Assembly (NCBI GenBank): GCA_025201805.1
Contig: MU619305.1
Span: 105,585 to 169,584, forward strand
Direction: 5' to 3'
From: Parasitella parasitica NRRL 2501
Lineage: Eukaryota; Fungi; Mucoromycota
DNA length: 64,000 nucleotides
Part shown: positions 39,745 through 51,049 of the stretch, piece after piece
Numbering within the stretch: the stretch's first letter is position 1
Layout: the number at the start of each line of letters is the position of its first letter
Program-made: the position numbers and the translations under genes
The notes under the pieces: model-generated
Database searches by the model: none
What the model saw: the letters and a program-made list of their open reading frames with translations, nothing else
Told to the model about the DNA's origin: nothing

Positions 39745-40245
39745 GTGACGATTTTGGATGGGTGAATACAAGGAAAAAATCGAAAAAATCCGTCATTTTG
39801 CATCGAAAAAAAAATCATGCTTAAATTGCACCAAAATCATATATAATATAGTTCTTTCCCAATGGATACTATTTGTGGCGTTTTCAGGGCATGTTTGATT
39901 ATTAAAATTAATCAAAAAATGGCACACGAAGCTAAAGTTCTTGCTTTTAAGCTGTAAAAATATCTATCTGGAGATGATATAACGTCAAAATCAATTCTAG
40001 TAGATGACACCGCTCTATAAAGCAAGTATTTTTGATGCCACAAATATACCTTTCTTCAAAGTAATATGATAAAACAAGAGTGGCTCATCTTCTCTCAGCT
40101 TTTCTCAGAAATAAAATTATCAGAAACTCTATTATCACAAACACCGTGAAATTTATCATTTTACTTGCTTTTTTTTTTTTCAGAAACCATAAAAAGATTG
40201 CAACATGTTTTATTATCTACAGCAGAAGTCTAGTCGTTTTAGGTG

Positions 40246-42103
40246 TCAACCATCAAACACAGATGGGTCAATCTTGACACCAAATTGCTTAAACATCTAA
40301 ATTTATAGAATTTTTTGAGTTAATTTGAGCCGTATTTTGTCTGTACATCAGATTACCTGATCCTTCATTCTTTCGTCTAATATGTCCTCCAATCCCCGTG
40401 CCTTAGTGCCAGATATAAGCTTGCTGGCAGCATCTCGGAATCGCACTATCCAGAAGCTGAGACTCATCAAAAGCAAGGTACATTCAAAAACAACAGTTCT
40501 CCAACTAAGCCATGCACCTTTGGTTGCAGAAAGTCCTAGCACAGCCCAACGTGCCATTATATTGATTCGATTGATTGGACTTCCAACAGCCTTATTGTTT
40601 GCTCGTACAATATTCATGTTTCGAGAAATAAAGATCAATTCCTTGGGAAATAAAGCCTGATCCTTCAAGAAGTCTCTTATGCGCTCCTTCATATGTGCTT
40701 GCAGCTCGTACATGTCTTTGACATTTATTTGCTGATCTATATGCACCGCTTTTTTGCCTGAGAAGGGCCGCTGTAGGGTAATGGTAGCAAACATGGTGGC
40801 ATCGTAAATACCCCATTTTTTGCAAATCTCTGTCATTTTAGGCACGTCCAGCATGAACAAAGCCTCCCATAGCTGGCAGTACTCCAAGCGGAACCTGACA
40901 TGCTCCTTAATACAAAATATCCCAATTCAAATGTCACCTGTCAACTTACTTTTCCGACTCCTGGATGTATAAGCCGTGGTCGATCAATACAACTTGAACT
41001 TGCTTTTTTTTCTGAGGGTTTTTTCTCACTAGAACATTTCCTGGGTGTGGATCGCCTATATATATAGCAAGTCTTTTAGAAATGAAATTAATCGACCCAT
41101 TGGAAGCCATACCATGCACAAAACCGCTGCGAAAAATCTGGCTAGCAAAAGCCTCAACAGCAATTTTCATTGCGACTACATAATCAATGCCCATTTCATT
41201 CAATGCGCCCGTATCAGTCAATTTTACGCCATCCACCCATTCGCACACTAGAACTCTCTTTGAGGAGTATTCATCATACACTTTTGGAACGTAGACTCGA
41301 TCTTTCAACGATTTTTCTTGTTGCAAATTTCTCCATGCCTTTTTGGCATTACTATGAGTACGATGGTACATGTCAATATGACCACTCTATATCGATGAAT
41401 CCATGGCTCACCTAGCTTCAATTTCAAAATCGGCCTCCATACGCATGTGTTCCTCGATATAATCACTTGACCAGGATAATGGCAGATCAAAAATGCGCTC
41501 GTAAACTTTGAGCAGGATTCGGAAAGCTCCTAAATCCCAATTCATTTGCTTCTGAATTGCTGGTTTCTGGATTTTGACAGCAACTATGTCACCATTCTTC
41601 AGCCTCGCTTTATGCACTTGAGCAATGGATGCGGATGCAAGTGGCGTCATGTCGAATTCAGCAAATACGTCGCTGGGATGCTTTCCATCGAAATCTTCCA
41701 TAAACACGCGCTCCACCGATTCAAAAGGTACAGCAGGAGCGGAATCAAACAAGCGCCTTGCTCTGATTTGATACGCTACGGGTAATATTGCTGCCTGCGT
41801 ACCGATGACCTGACCAATCTTTATGTATAGCCCACCATTCTGCTCAAACACATCAAAAATGCGGTTCGCTACTCTTTGATGCAGCTGTTCAATGCGGACA
41901 CCATCTTCTGGGGTGTGCCCTGGTTTAAAATTAAGCTTGTAATCAACGGCCAATGCAATACCGTTATAAAAGGTTCTGACATTCCTTCCAATAAGTTGTG
42001 CCTCAGTTCGAGAGTCGTAGGCGTAAATGCCGCCACCTAATACACTAGCTCCCAACGCTATTTTGATAGGTCTAGACAATAGCCTTTTTGATAAAAAAGA
42101 CAT
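40246..42103 (-). CDS. ABC1/UbiB-family atypical protein kinase (ADCK1/Mcp2-like), multi-exon
   Basis: GGLYIKIGQ (KxGQ), ASASIAQVHKA, VAVKIQKP, E.DF..EA, FVHGDPHPGN, IDHGLY; mitochondrial-type N-terminus MSFLSKRLLSRP. Confidence 0.92.
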
Positions 42104-42320
42104 GGCAAAAGTGGTAAATACGGAAAAAGGGACACAGTTCACTAAAACTGCTGCGACCTTTTATGCTGTATTTTTTTTGCATTGCATACAACCAAGTTTT
42201 GTAGTCACTGTGCCCCCCGATCCCTCCGCATCCTTCAACAGTTGTCGTTTTCCCCATATTTCCCTATTTCTTTATCCTTTATCCTTTATCCCCTCCCCCA
42301 ACTTATCCAAAGATATCACC

Positions 42321-44116
42321 ATGGCAACCCAAAGAGTCTTGCCAATCCTCCTACAAAGATTTAGCTTTTCAGCGATGAAACCAAACCCGCTATTCGTGAG
42401 AAGGATGGCATTGTACACAACTTCTTCTTTGAATCGGTATGCAGCCGTACCTGAATCAACAAGTATTATCGTCCTTGTCATATCAATGAACATTCATGTC
42501 AGTGCTAAACTGAATCTTGTATAGCAACCACCTCTTCTCGAGCGGTAAATCAAGACAATCATGAGTCCACTAGGTATTGTATATGGCGGGTATGAAGTTT
42601 CGCCATGGCTACTAATTATAGCGTACACTCCCTGGACTAGAGCCGTCGAGATTAAAGATGCAAAATTGATATTTAATCAAGCATGGAAGAACATTGAAGA
42701 CCACTACGGCAGGGAAAATATCCAATTACCTCGTGAATTCATCTTCTTAATGGGCGCACCTGGGTAATAGACCATTATTTTTTGAATGGCTGCTGCATGA
42801 TATTCATCATCCACACTATACTGTTTAGATCTGGTAAAGGCACGCATACTCCTTCGATACTACGTGCACGTGGCATCACGAACCCTCCTATTTCTGTTTC
42901 TCAGTTGCTTCAGGCACCAGAATGCAAAGAACTCATAAACCAAGGTCAGATGATTTCAGACAGATATGTGATAGAGCTGATTTTGCATGCCATGTTGGAT
43001 TGTGATCCATCCGTTGGTGTTCTCGTGGATGGATTTCCACGCACTGATATACAAGTTGAAGCTCTCAAGTTACTGCATGACCGCATGACAGAACTGAGAC
43101 GTGAATTTTGGAACACAGATAGACGAGATCAGTATCCGTGAGTAGACAGACTTGGATTCGGGTTGCAAATATCAAATGTATAACCATCTTACAGACGCCC
43201 TGTTTTTCGCATTTGTGTTTTGTATGTAGACGAAGAAATCTCGGTACAGAGACAGTTGGCAAGAGGCAGAATGATTCGCCAACATAACCTCCAAGTGAAG
43301 AAATCTGGCCAAGGTGTATTTTGGGACGAGCGAGTTACAGATAATGATGAAAGTGTAAGTGCAGTATTAATTTTTTCCATAAAGCGTAATTATTCATTGC
43401 CATACACGCTAGTTGATCCGTGAGAGATATTCCATTTTCAAGGCTCATTACGGCTCACTATTAAAATTGTCTAAAATGTTTCCATTCCGTAAGAGCTCGG
43501 TGTCACATGTATTGGAATACTTGTAGCTGATTTTTATCTGCCATGTGCTGTAGACCTCGTCAATGCCACCGGATCCATCAAAGAAGTTTTGCAGATCATT
43601 CTCAAGGAATTTGAATACCAATCATCGCTAGAATTAGATTCAGACACCTTCGATTCCATTTCCCACATACCTGTTGCCACTCAAATTGGCATCCATGCCC
43701 GCCAAGATTTAATCAGTCGGTTGGAACATTACCAAGATACTGAGCCAGATCTGTTGCACAAGGCCATCAAGTTCATTGACGCATACGTGATTCCTCAAGT
43801 TCATCGACATTCAATCAGTGGGCACGCCAATATAAGAACGTGAGTGCATGATGCTGGAGAACTTGTGGAGCTTTTAATAACCAAATTAATGCTTAGTGAG
43901 GAACCTTTGATGGGAAATGCTCACTTTGCAGCCATTGTGATGGATGTCTTGTCTGAGCGTGGCTATCATGTATCATTTGATAAACGTCTACATCATGTAC
44001 CTGTTCGAGTCGATTTGAAGACTGGAAAAATAGAGCTGGATACGCACCGTATTTATTTGCTATCGGTCGAGTATCCCAAACACTATATCCGTGCTTTAGA
44101 ACAAAAGTTTAACTGA
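42321..44116 (+). CDS. Atypical adenylate kinase-family protein with C-terminal extension, predicted mitochondrial presequence, multi-exon
   Basis: P-loop MGAPGSGKGT, VDGFPRT..QVE, YQSSLELD, HARQDL..RLEHY, RHSISG, DVLSERG; N-terminus MATQRVLPILLQRFSFS. Confidence 0.85.
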
Positions 44117-44832
44117 TAAAGTTTAAGGTATCCTCATGCTATAAACCCCACCACCCTCTCTCCCATTTTTGCAAATCTAAAAATTACTTGTATATCATTT
44201 TTCTGTGTCATGAGCAAGGCTCTTTTTTAATCGGAAATAGATATACATCAATTCTGTCACTATCAGAATATATACAGCAAATACTTGATGTTCATGAAAA
44301 GATAGTTTTGTTCGCCTCATTAATAACTTTTTTTTTTTTTTTTTTGCCGATTCAAGTGCTCAGAACAACATTAAATTTCTACCTAGAGCAGGTAGTTATA
44401 TCTGATGCATTTTTGACGATTTCCATTAGCATACAAGAAAAAATGGTCCTAAAATGCATTGTTTATTTTAATCATTTTACTCTAATTTCGTTACACAATT
44501 ACTATTTTGGGTAATGATTATATCTGCTATATAGACTTTTAGTTGAAGCCTCCTTATTTTTTTGTTTGCAGAATACTCAAGTGTGTCAAATTAACTAACT
44601 TCAAATATTTATACCAAAAAATGTGTGCTTAATTATTCTAGAACACTTTTATATACTGCCTTGGTAATTTTTTTTATTGATGAAAAAGTACCAGACAAGC
44701 GGGAAAAAAAAAGGGCCTGTTTTAGGATAGCATAAACGTTCAGCAATATTGATCAAACAAGAAGAAATCAAAACTGTTTTTTCTTATATAATATATACAC
44801 AAAACATGCTTGGAATTATGTCTCTTTATTTA

Positions 44833-46051
44833 TTAGTCTTCATCTGGGTACAATTTACATATTTTTTCCCACCATATACGTGAGTTATCTTTCAAGAATT
44901 CCTTGGTAGCAGCGCCCGCAAAAATTGCGTCAATAGACTTACGAGCAATTCTGAAAACCTCCAGCTTGCTCAATCTGAATGTCTCGGCAGCAATTCTATA
45001 CTCATTAGAGCACTCTGAAAAAAATACACCTTTATCATCTGTCTATTTTATACCAAGAAAAAGAAAAAATTAGATCAAATGTATGTATGCAACAGGCAGA
45101 TATGACACTTACACAAAGACTGAAAGAATGATTATCTCGCATAAGCTGCTTGATGTGATGCTCTTCATAAGTTTTTACGGTTTTGCAAAGAACGTTTGAT
45201 GTCATACAGATCTCGATAGGAATATTTTCTTCATAAATAAAGTTTCTAGACTCATCGTCCAAGAATGTGGCATGGCCTAAGCGATCGGGCTGAATGGACA
45301 ATAAAGAAAATGATTCAGGAACATTTTCTTCAATCTCATTAAAATGTAGTGTCACTGGAAACCCTTCTTGCTTTGCCCTTTCAAATGCAGGCCTTAGAGT
45401 CTCAAATAGACCTACGCTGACATCACCGCAGAGATCAATGCCCACAACACCTAGAGATCGGAATTGCATTGCTAGATCAACAGCCTCGTGTGCTTCATCC
45501 AAAGTATTACGTCGATCTATCGACACAATTAATTTGACAATGATGTCGTCTCTAGGTTCTTGAATAACAGAGGTCACTGCGGTGAGGTACGAGTGTTTGG
45601 TCATGCCTTAATGATAAACAAACAACGCATTTAATATTCCAGGAATTGAAACTCTTGTCGGCCATACCTGTTTCATCGTTCTTTCTAGGTGTTGTTCGCA
45701 ATTCCAAATACTTGACATTGTCCTTTGCAAAGTCGTCAATAACATCACGAGTGGCAATACGAATACTCTCTTCGTCGTCCGTAAGCTGATAAATGAACTT
45801 GAATAGCTTAAAAAAACTATGCAAGTCGTTTAACTCGAAATGTTGTCTCTATATAAGGTAGGACAAACTTACTCGTCAATTTTATCCAAAGAATCAGGGA
45901 TTTTAAAATCGGCCAATTCAGGCTTTTCTGCTTTCTTTCTCTCGACGAGCTTTCGCATTGTATTAGGGCTTAGACTGCCATTTAAGTGAGCATGGAGCTC
46001 CACTTTGGGCAACTCAAAGCAGAATTTTTCTAAAGAAATGCCAGGAAACAT
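44833..46051 (-). CDS. ADAL: Adenosine deaminase-like protein (ADAL/MAPDA, N6-methyl-AMP deaminase family), multi-exon
   Basis: PKVELHAHLNGSLS, YLELRTTPR, VVGIDLCGD, TLHFNE, DRLGHAT, EICMTSN, LCTDDKGVF. Confidence 0.9.
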
Positions 46052-46129
46052 TTTGCTGTAATATATGAAAAATATAGAGGGGAAAAAAAAAAAAAAAAAA
46101 GGAGGTTTTAGTAAATCGAAAAGAAACTG

Positions 46130-46268
46130 ATTTGTAGTATTTTATACTTTAGCTTCCGAGCCCTGGTTCCTGACTGACAGACTCATGTTACTACTTTCAT
46201 GTCACTGCTGATGCTGCGGCTGTGCCTTTTGCATTAAACATATGAGCTACCGACAGCACTTTGCATAA
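46130..46268 (-). ncRNA. Candidate two-hairpin H/ACA-like RNA upstream of ADAL
   Basis: Minus strand: GUGCUG-U-CGGU...GCCG-CAGCAU hairpin, ANANNA (ACAUGA), second hairpin AGUA..GAGUCUG..CAGGGCUC..UACU, then ACA+3 nt. Read by eye only. Confidence 0.25.
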
Positions 46269-47081
46269 ATTTTAATGTCGTTCTGGGTCCTCGTTCCCTC
46301 TTATAGCGCTGCATCAGCTTAATGATCATAGATTGTGTACGACAGCTTCTTCAAACCCCAATATATGGAAGATCTAATCTTTCTTCCAGAGTAGAATCGG
46401 CCAGAGATATTAACTGCACAACAGAGGCAGCCCCAAATCTTGTTGGAGATTTTCTAAATGATTTTTTGCATGAAGGTCATTCTGCTGATTATACGTTTTA
46501 TACAGTCAATTGACTGCCGTTACAAGTAGCCACGAAGAGGCAATTGAGTTGATATGTCTGCTTTGATGAAAATACAATGGTGACTATACCTATGCAGAAG
46601 ATCTCTCAAAATCTCATAAGCCGCTCATCAATATGATTGATAGTAGTCTTTCAAAGCACTTCAAAAAGAATGGCTTTGGTAACCTAGGCAACATGAAGCC
46701 TCTTTTCTCTCACAAACTGATAGTTAGCAACTAGAAAAAAGCCACTCCATCAAACGGAAGAAAGTAGCACATACCCATAACATAAATTCTGTCTCTAGAT
46801 CCGGGCGTGATTTTCGGTTTGTAGTCTTATTGCAGAGCAAGAAAACAAAAACCAACCTGCTGGCACGAATTCAAAATGATACTTTGCGGTCTTGTTCTCT
46901 ACAGCAGCGTTCAATAATATCTCATTCGCGTCAATCTGTTTATGCTTTTCTAAATCAAACTTGTTGTCTGATAGTAGAAACTCCGGATTGATATCATTAT
47001 TATGTTATGACGATTCTCCCTTTTTACTTTATTTTTATTTTCCCTTCTTTTTTCTTGTTTTATTATATACAGTTTATAAAA

Positions 47082-48481
47082 ATGGCATTAGGGTTCGGCA
47101 GTAGCAACAAAGTCAACAAAAGCAAATCCTCGGATGAGGAGACTCCAAACAGCAGTGATGTCGATACACTTTCTGTCAAAAACTTGGATACTGCCGAGAA
47201 GAGCCAATTTAAAGAATTCAAAGAGTTTTTGAAGGTCGTGATCAGTTTCACGGGCGACCTTTCGTCACTGACCTGCCCTGCGTTCTTTTTGAACGGCCTG
47301 TCTTTGCTGGAATACGGTACGTATTGGGGTGATCATCCCTCCACTTTTACTGCAATCAATGATGCAAAGACAACAGAAGGTATGTCATGTATATATATTG
47401 AGCTATATTTGGATATGGGGGTTATTCAACCGTTGTAATTAGACCGTCTGCTGGCTATTTCTCGTTGGTTCATCTCTACACTTTATGGCAGTTACGCCTC
47501 TCGTTGTACTGACGGTAAATATGAAAAGAAGCCATACAACCCTATTCTGGGAGAACAGTTTTATTGTGATATGGGCAGTGCCAAATGTGTCTGTGAACAA
47601 GTCTGTCACCATCCACCAATCTCTGCATTTTACTTGGAGGACGAAAAAGCTGGTGTATCGCTAAATGGTCATAGTAAGTTTTTGTGTTCCATTGCGCAGT
47701 TAGAGCGTGCTACTTTGCTCGTGGCGCTCACGTTTTGTCAATTACCCCACCCGCGATAGGTGGTCAAAAGTCTAAATTCAAGGGCACCTCCATCAAGGTC
47801 GAACAGGTTGGTAGGGCTGTTTTATACCTTAAAAATTTTGATGAGCAGTACATGATTGATTTTCCCGACCTCCTGATCCGTGGCGTATTAACTGGTGGTG
47901 CATATATTGAGCTGGGCGGCTCTTGTACCATCATTGGGTCCAACGGGACAAAGGCTGTCATTGAGTTTGTCCCCAAGCCTTGGTTTGGCGGTGAGTACAA
48001 TCATATCAAGGGCTCTCTTTATGCTGGCAGTAAGCTATGTTACAATTTATCCGGCCGTTGGAGCCATCAATCCTTCTACAACGCACCTAGCAGCGACTCT
48101 AGTGCCAAGAAGGAGCTTTTGTTTGATGCTGAGGCTGAATCCATGGCGGATCGTGTTACTGCTCCTGTGGAAGAGCAAAGTGAATTGGAAACCCACAAGA
48201 TCTGGGGTCCTGTTTCCGAGGCGCTCAAAGAAAAGAACTACAAGACTGCTAATGCTGAAAAATCAAAGATTGAAGAATGGCAGCGTGGAATTCGTAAAGA
48301 GCGGGAGGAAAAGAAGGAAGTTTGGGAGCCTAAATTGTTTGTTTTTGAGAAGGACATTGATGGGCCCAAGGGTAATGAATATCAACAAAAGATGGCTGAT
48401 TTAAGAAAGAATATTGAATCTAAACACCACTTGGATTCTGGTGCTTGGACATACAACAAATCTCTTCATCTGCGCAAGTAA
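47082..48481 (+). CDS. Oxysterol-binding protein (short Osh/ORP), 3 exons
   Basis: GDLSSLTCPAF, KKPYNPILGEQF, signature EQVCHHPP(I)SAF, A..EKSKIEEWQR. Confidence 0.94.
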
Positions 48482-49231
48482 ATATAGTGGTATAAAAGTG
48501 CCTTTACGTTTATGTTGGTTTTCTTTTGGTCAAATCAAAAATTAAAATTCGGACACATTTAGACTACCTTTTTTGTACAACCAAAAAGGGATTTAAGATG
48601 TCTTACAACTTTTTTTGGACAAACTAGAAAGTCCCTGTGGAAGGGAATAGAAGATCAGTTGACCCTCTGGTAAAGAGTCAGTCTTTCCGCAAGATCGACC
48701 AGTATCGCAAATTGCTTGTCGTAAATCAAAAGACAAGAATGTAAGGGTTATGACCAAATACATTTTTTGAAAGACCAAAAAAGATAGTATAATCGTAAAT
48801 CTGCCAATAACAAAAGATTTTGAAGTGTACATATCGAAGATAGCTAGACAAGGAAAGCTAAGGAATTCGGTAAAAGATTTGATTTGGTTTTTTGCCTTTG
48901 TCTCTGTGTTGATCTCGGGTTAGGATATTTTGTTTGCGCTTTATCTTGAAAATCCCAAGTAGAAATAATAATATTCTTGACGCTTGTAAGTCGACATTTT
49001 AGCATACTCTCGCCTCTAAACAGCTCTTAACAAATAACGACGGGAATAATAATAATAACAGCCACAAAACGCATATAGCAATATTGATTATATGCTATTT
49101 TTTCATTGCCATTATCACACATTGAAATTTTTGTACCTAGGGTACGTCTCTATGGCATCATAAATACGTTTTGCGACACTTCTCTTGGACGGCATGATTA
49201 GATGATTATTACCAAAACAAAAATATACTTG

Positions 49232-49367
49232 GGAGGCTAATAATGATGATGTTTAGGATCTGTTCACCCCACCCACTCTGGTGATGTTTGCACCTTCGCT
49301 AAGCTACGGTAGTAATCGACCTTTGTTTACGCGGGGTCCACCTCGCTATGTGAGGCTGCCAGTCTCC
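49232..49367 (+). ncRNA. Candidate multi-hairpin structured RNA element
   Basis: GC-richer island closed by GGAGGCU/AGUCUCC; internal hairpins GGUG/CACC, GACCUU/GGGGUC, CCUCGC/GUGAGG; G-U pairs favour + strand; AUGAUGA at 49243. Confidence 0.3.
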
Positions 49368-49917
49368 AAACTAAATGAAATTTTACTGTTTTCAAGTGTA
49401 TATGTTGTCATACTTACCACACAGTTATTATAGCGACCGTTTCTGATCGAATACAAGGTCGAATATCACCGATTATTCTACAAAGAAAATAGGAGCAATC
49501 ATGTTGTATCCATAGAATAACCATGGTTACGGTAATATTTCATTTCAGTTGTCATGGCAACCGTTCCTGATCGGATCCAAGACTAAATGTCACCGCATAA
49601 CAATGTACTCATATTTTTTTTTTTTTCTTTTTTTTTAATATATTAGATTTAGACCAACGTAAAACTTATCCAAGTTGATTATATTTCTTGGGTTCATAGT
49701 GAGGTCTTCTTCTATAGCTCTGTCTTCCGAAAGATGTACATTTTAAGCCCTGGGACCACGAAACTAACTTGCCAACTTACTAACTCCCTAATCATTTTAC
49801 AAAAGTCAGATATTGCATTAAAAACCCTAGTCTCGACGGGGGCAGATGTGAGATTCTTTTTTTTTTTTTTCTTTATTTCTCTCTCTCTCTGTTGTTCGTA
49901 AATTGATAGCATCAACC

Positions 49918-50655
49918 ATGTCGAGTTTAAAAGATTTCTATAATAATCCAGAGGTGGAAGAGGAAGAGGATTCTGAAGATGATGAAGATTTTGTTCCTGA
50001 TGGTAAAAAAAAAAAAAGAATAAAAAGAATAAAAAGAATTTAACAATTTTCCTGAACGATAGAAAACGAAAGCGATGATCAAGACTTGGCAGAGGACGAT
50101 GACGATGATGAGGACGAAGAGAATAAAAAACGTCAGGTTAAAGGAAATGATAAGGGCAAAAAACGAGAGCTCTCAGAACCAGAGTAAGAAAACTGATAAA
50201 GGTGGATGGTTTTCAAGTGATGTTGATTCTTTCTTTTTTATAGAGAAGATGAAAGCACAAAAAAATCTAGAATTGATGCAATTTGGGCTGATATAAACCA
50301 ACCGAAAGCGTTACCAGCATTAAAGCCTGAAGTAGCAGCACCAGCAAGCGCAACAACAACATCGACAACGACCGTCATTGATAAAAAGGAAACAAAAAAG
50401 CCCATATCCCCATTACAGCAAAAGCGACCCAAATCGCAATTATCTTCGCTAGTGTCAAAATACAACATCAAGGAGCCAAAAATGAACACATTGGAAAAGA
50501 GCAAATTAGATTGGCAAGGCTATGTTGACAGAGAAGGGATCCGTGATGATTTAAAGTACAAAAATAAAGACGGTTATATGGAAAAAGTGGCATTTCTCCA
50601 GCGCGTAGATGACAGACGATTGAACCAGTTGAAACAAGGACAGAAGAAAAAGTAA
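49918..50655 (+). CDS. SWC5: BCNT-C domain protein (SWR1 complex subunit Swc5/CFDP1), 3 exons
   Basis: Acidic N-terminus EDDEDFVP, RIDAIWADI, C-terminal KMNTLEKSKLDW..EGI..L..KNKDGYMEK..FL.RVD. Confidence 0.9.
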
Positions 50656-51049
50656 CGTGCTCGTTGTACCGATTGGCCATTGGACCCGCTGAATATCACA
50701 GCTCAGAGCATTTACATCATGTAACCATGTTTCTTGGCGTATTTTTTTTTATTTTTATTTTTTATTTTTTTACGTACAAGACATGCAACAGTCGCTTTGA
50801 TTAGAAACATGTCAAGTTGAAATCTTATAAAAACCACAAAGTTTCTTTATATGTATGCATCCACCCATCATCATTTTATTGATGTAACCGAACGCATGTC
50901 TTAAAATAGACAATTAAACATTTATATCTATTGTGGTGTAAGACTATTAAAAACCCCTCATCAAAAAAAGAGATATATCAGGTTTTGTTAATTTGATTTC
51001 CTCTTCCTTTTTTCTTCTTGTATATCCAACATCTGCAAACCCTTTATAC

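Larger units (their letters stand above)
34384..39775 (-). mobile_element. Near full-length L1-type non-LTR retrotransposon (LINE); 3' tail falls in N-gap 34197-34383
   Basis: Intronless ORF1 with two CCHC knuckles followed 5 nt later by ORF2 with AP endonuclease, RT and C-terminal CCHC/zf-RVT; higher GC than flanks. Confidence 0.95.

Noticed and set aside
48593-48920. Coding-like island/79-aa ORF downstream of OSBP
   Set aside because: No recognisable motifs in any frame; possibly TE debris.
49409-49418. ATACTTACC resembling the U1 snRNA 5' end
   Set aside because: No U1 stem-loop I/Sm site follows; equals reverse complement of a generic donor site.
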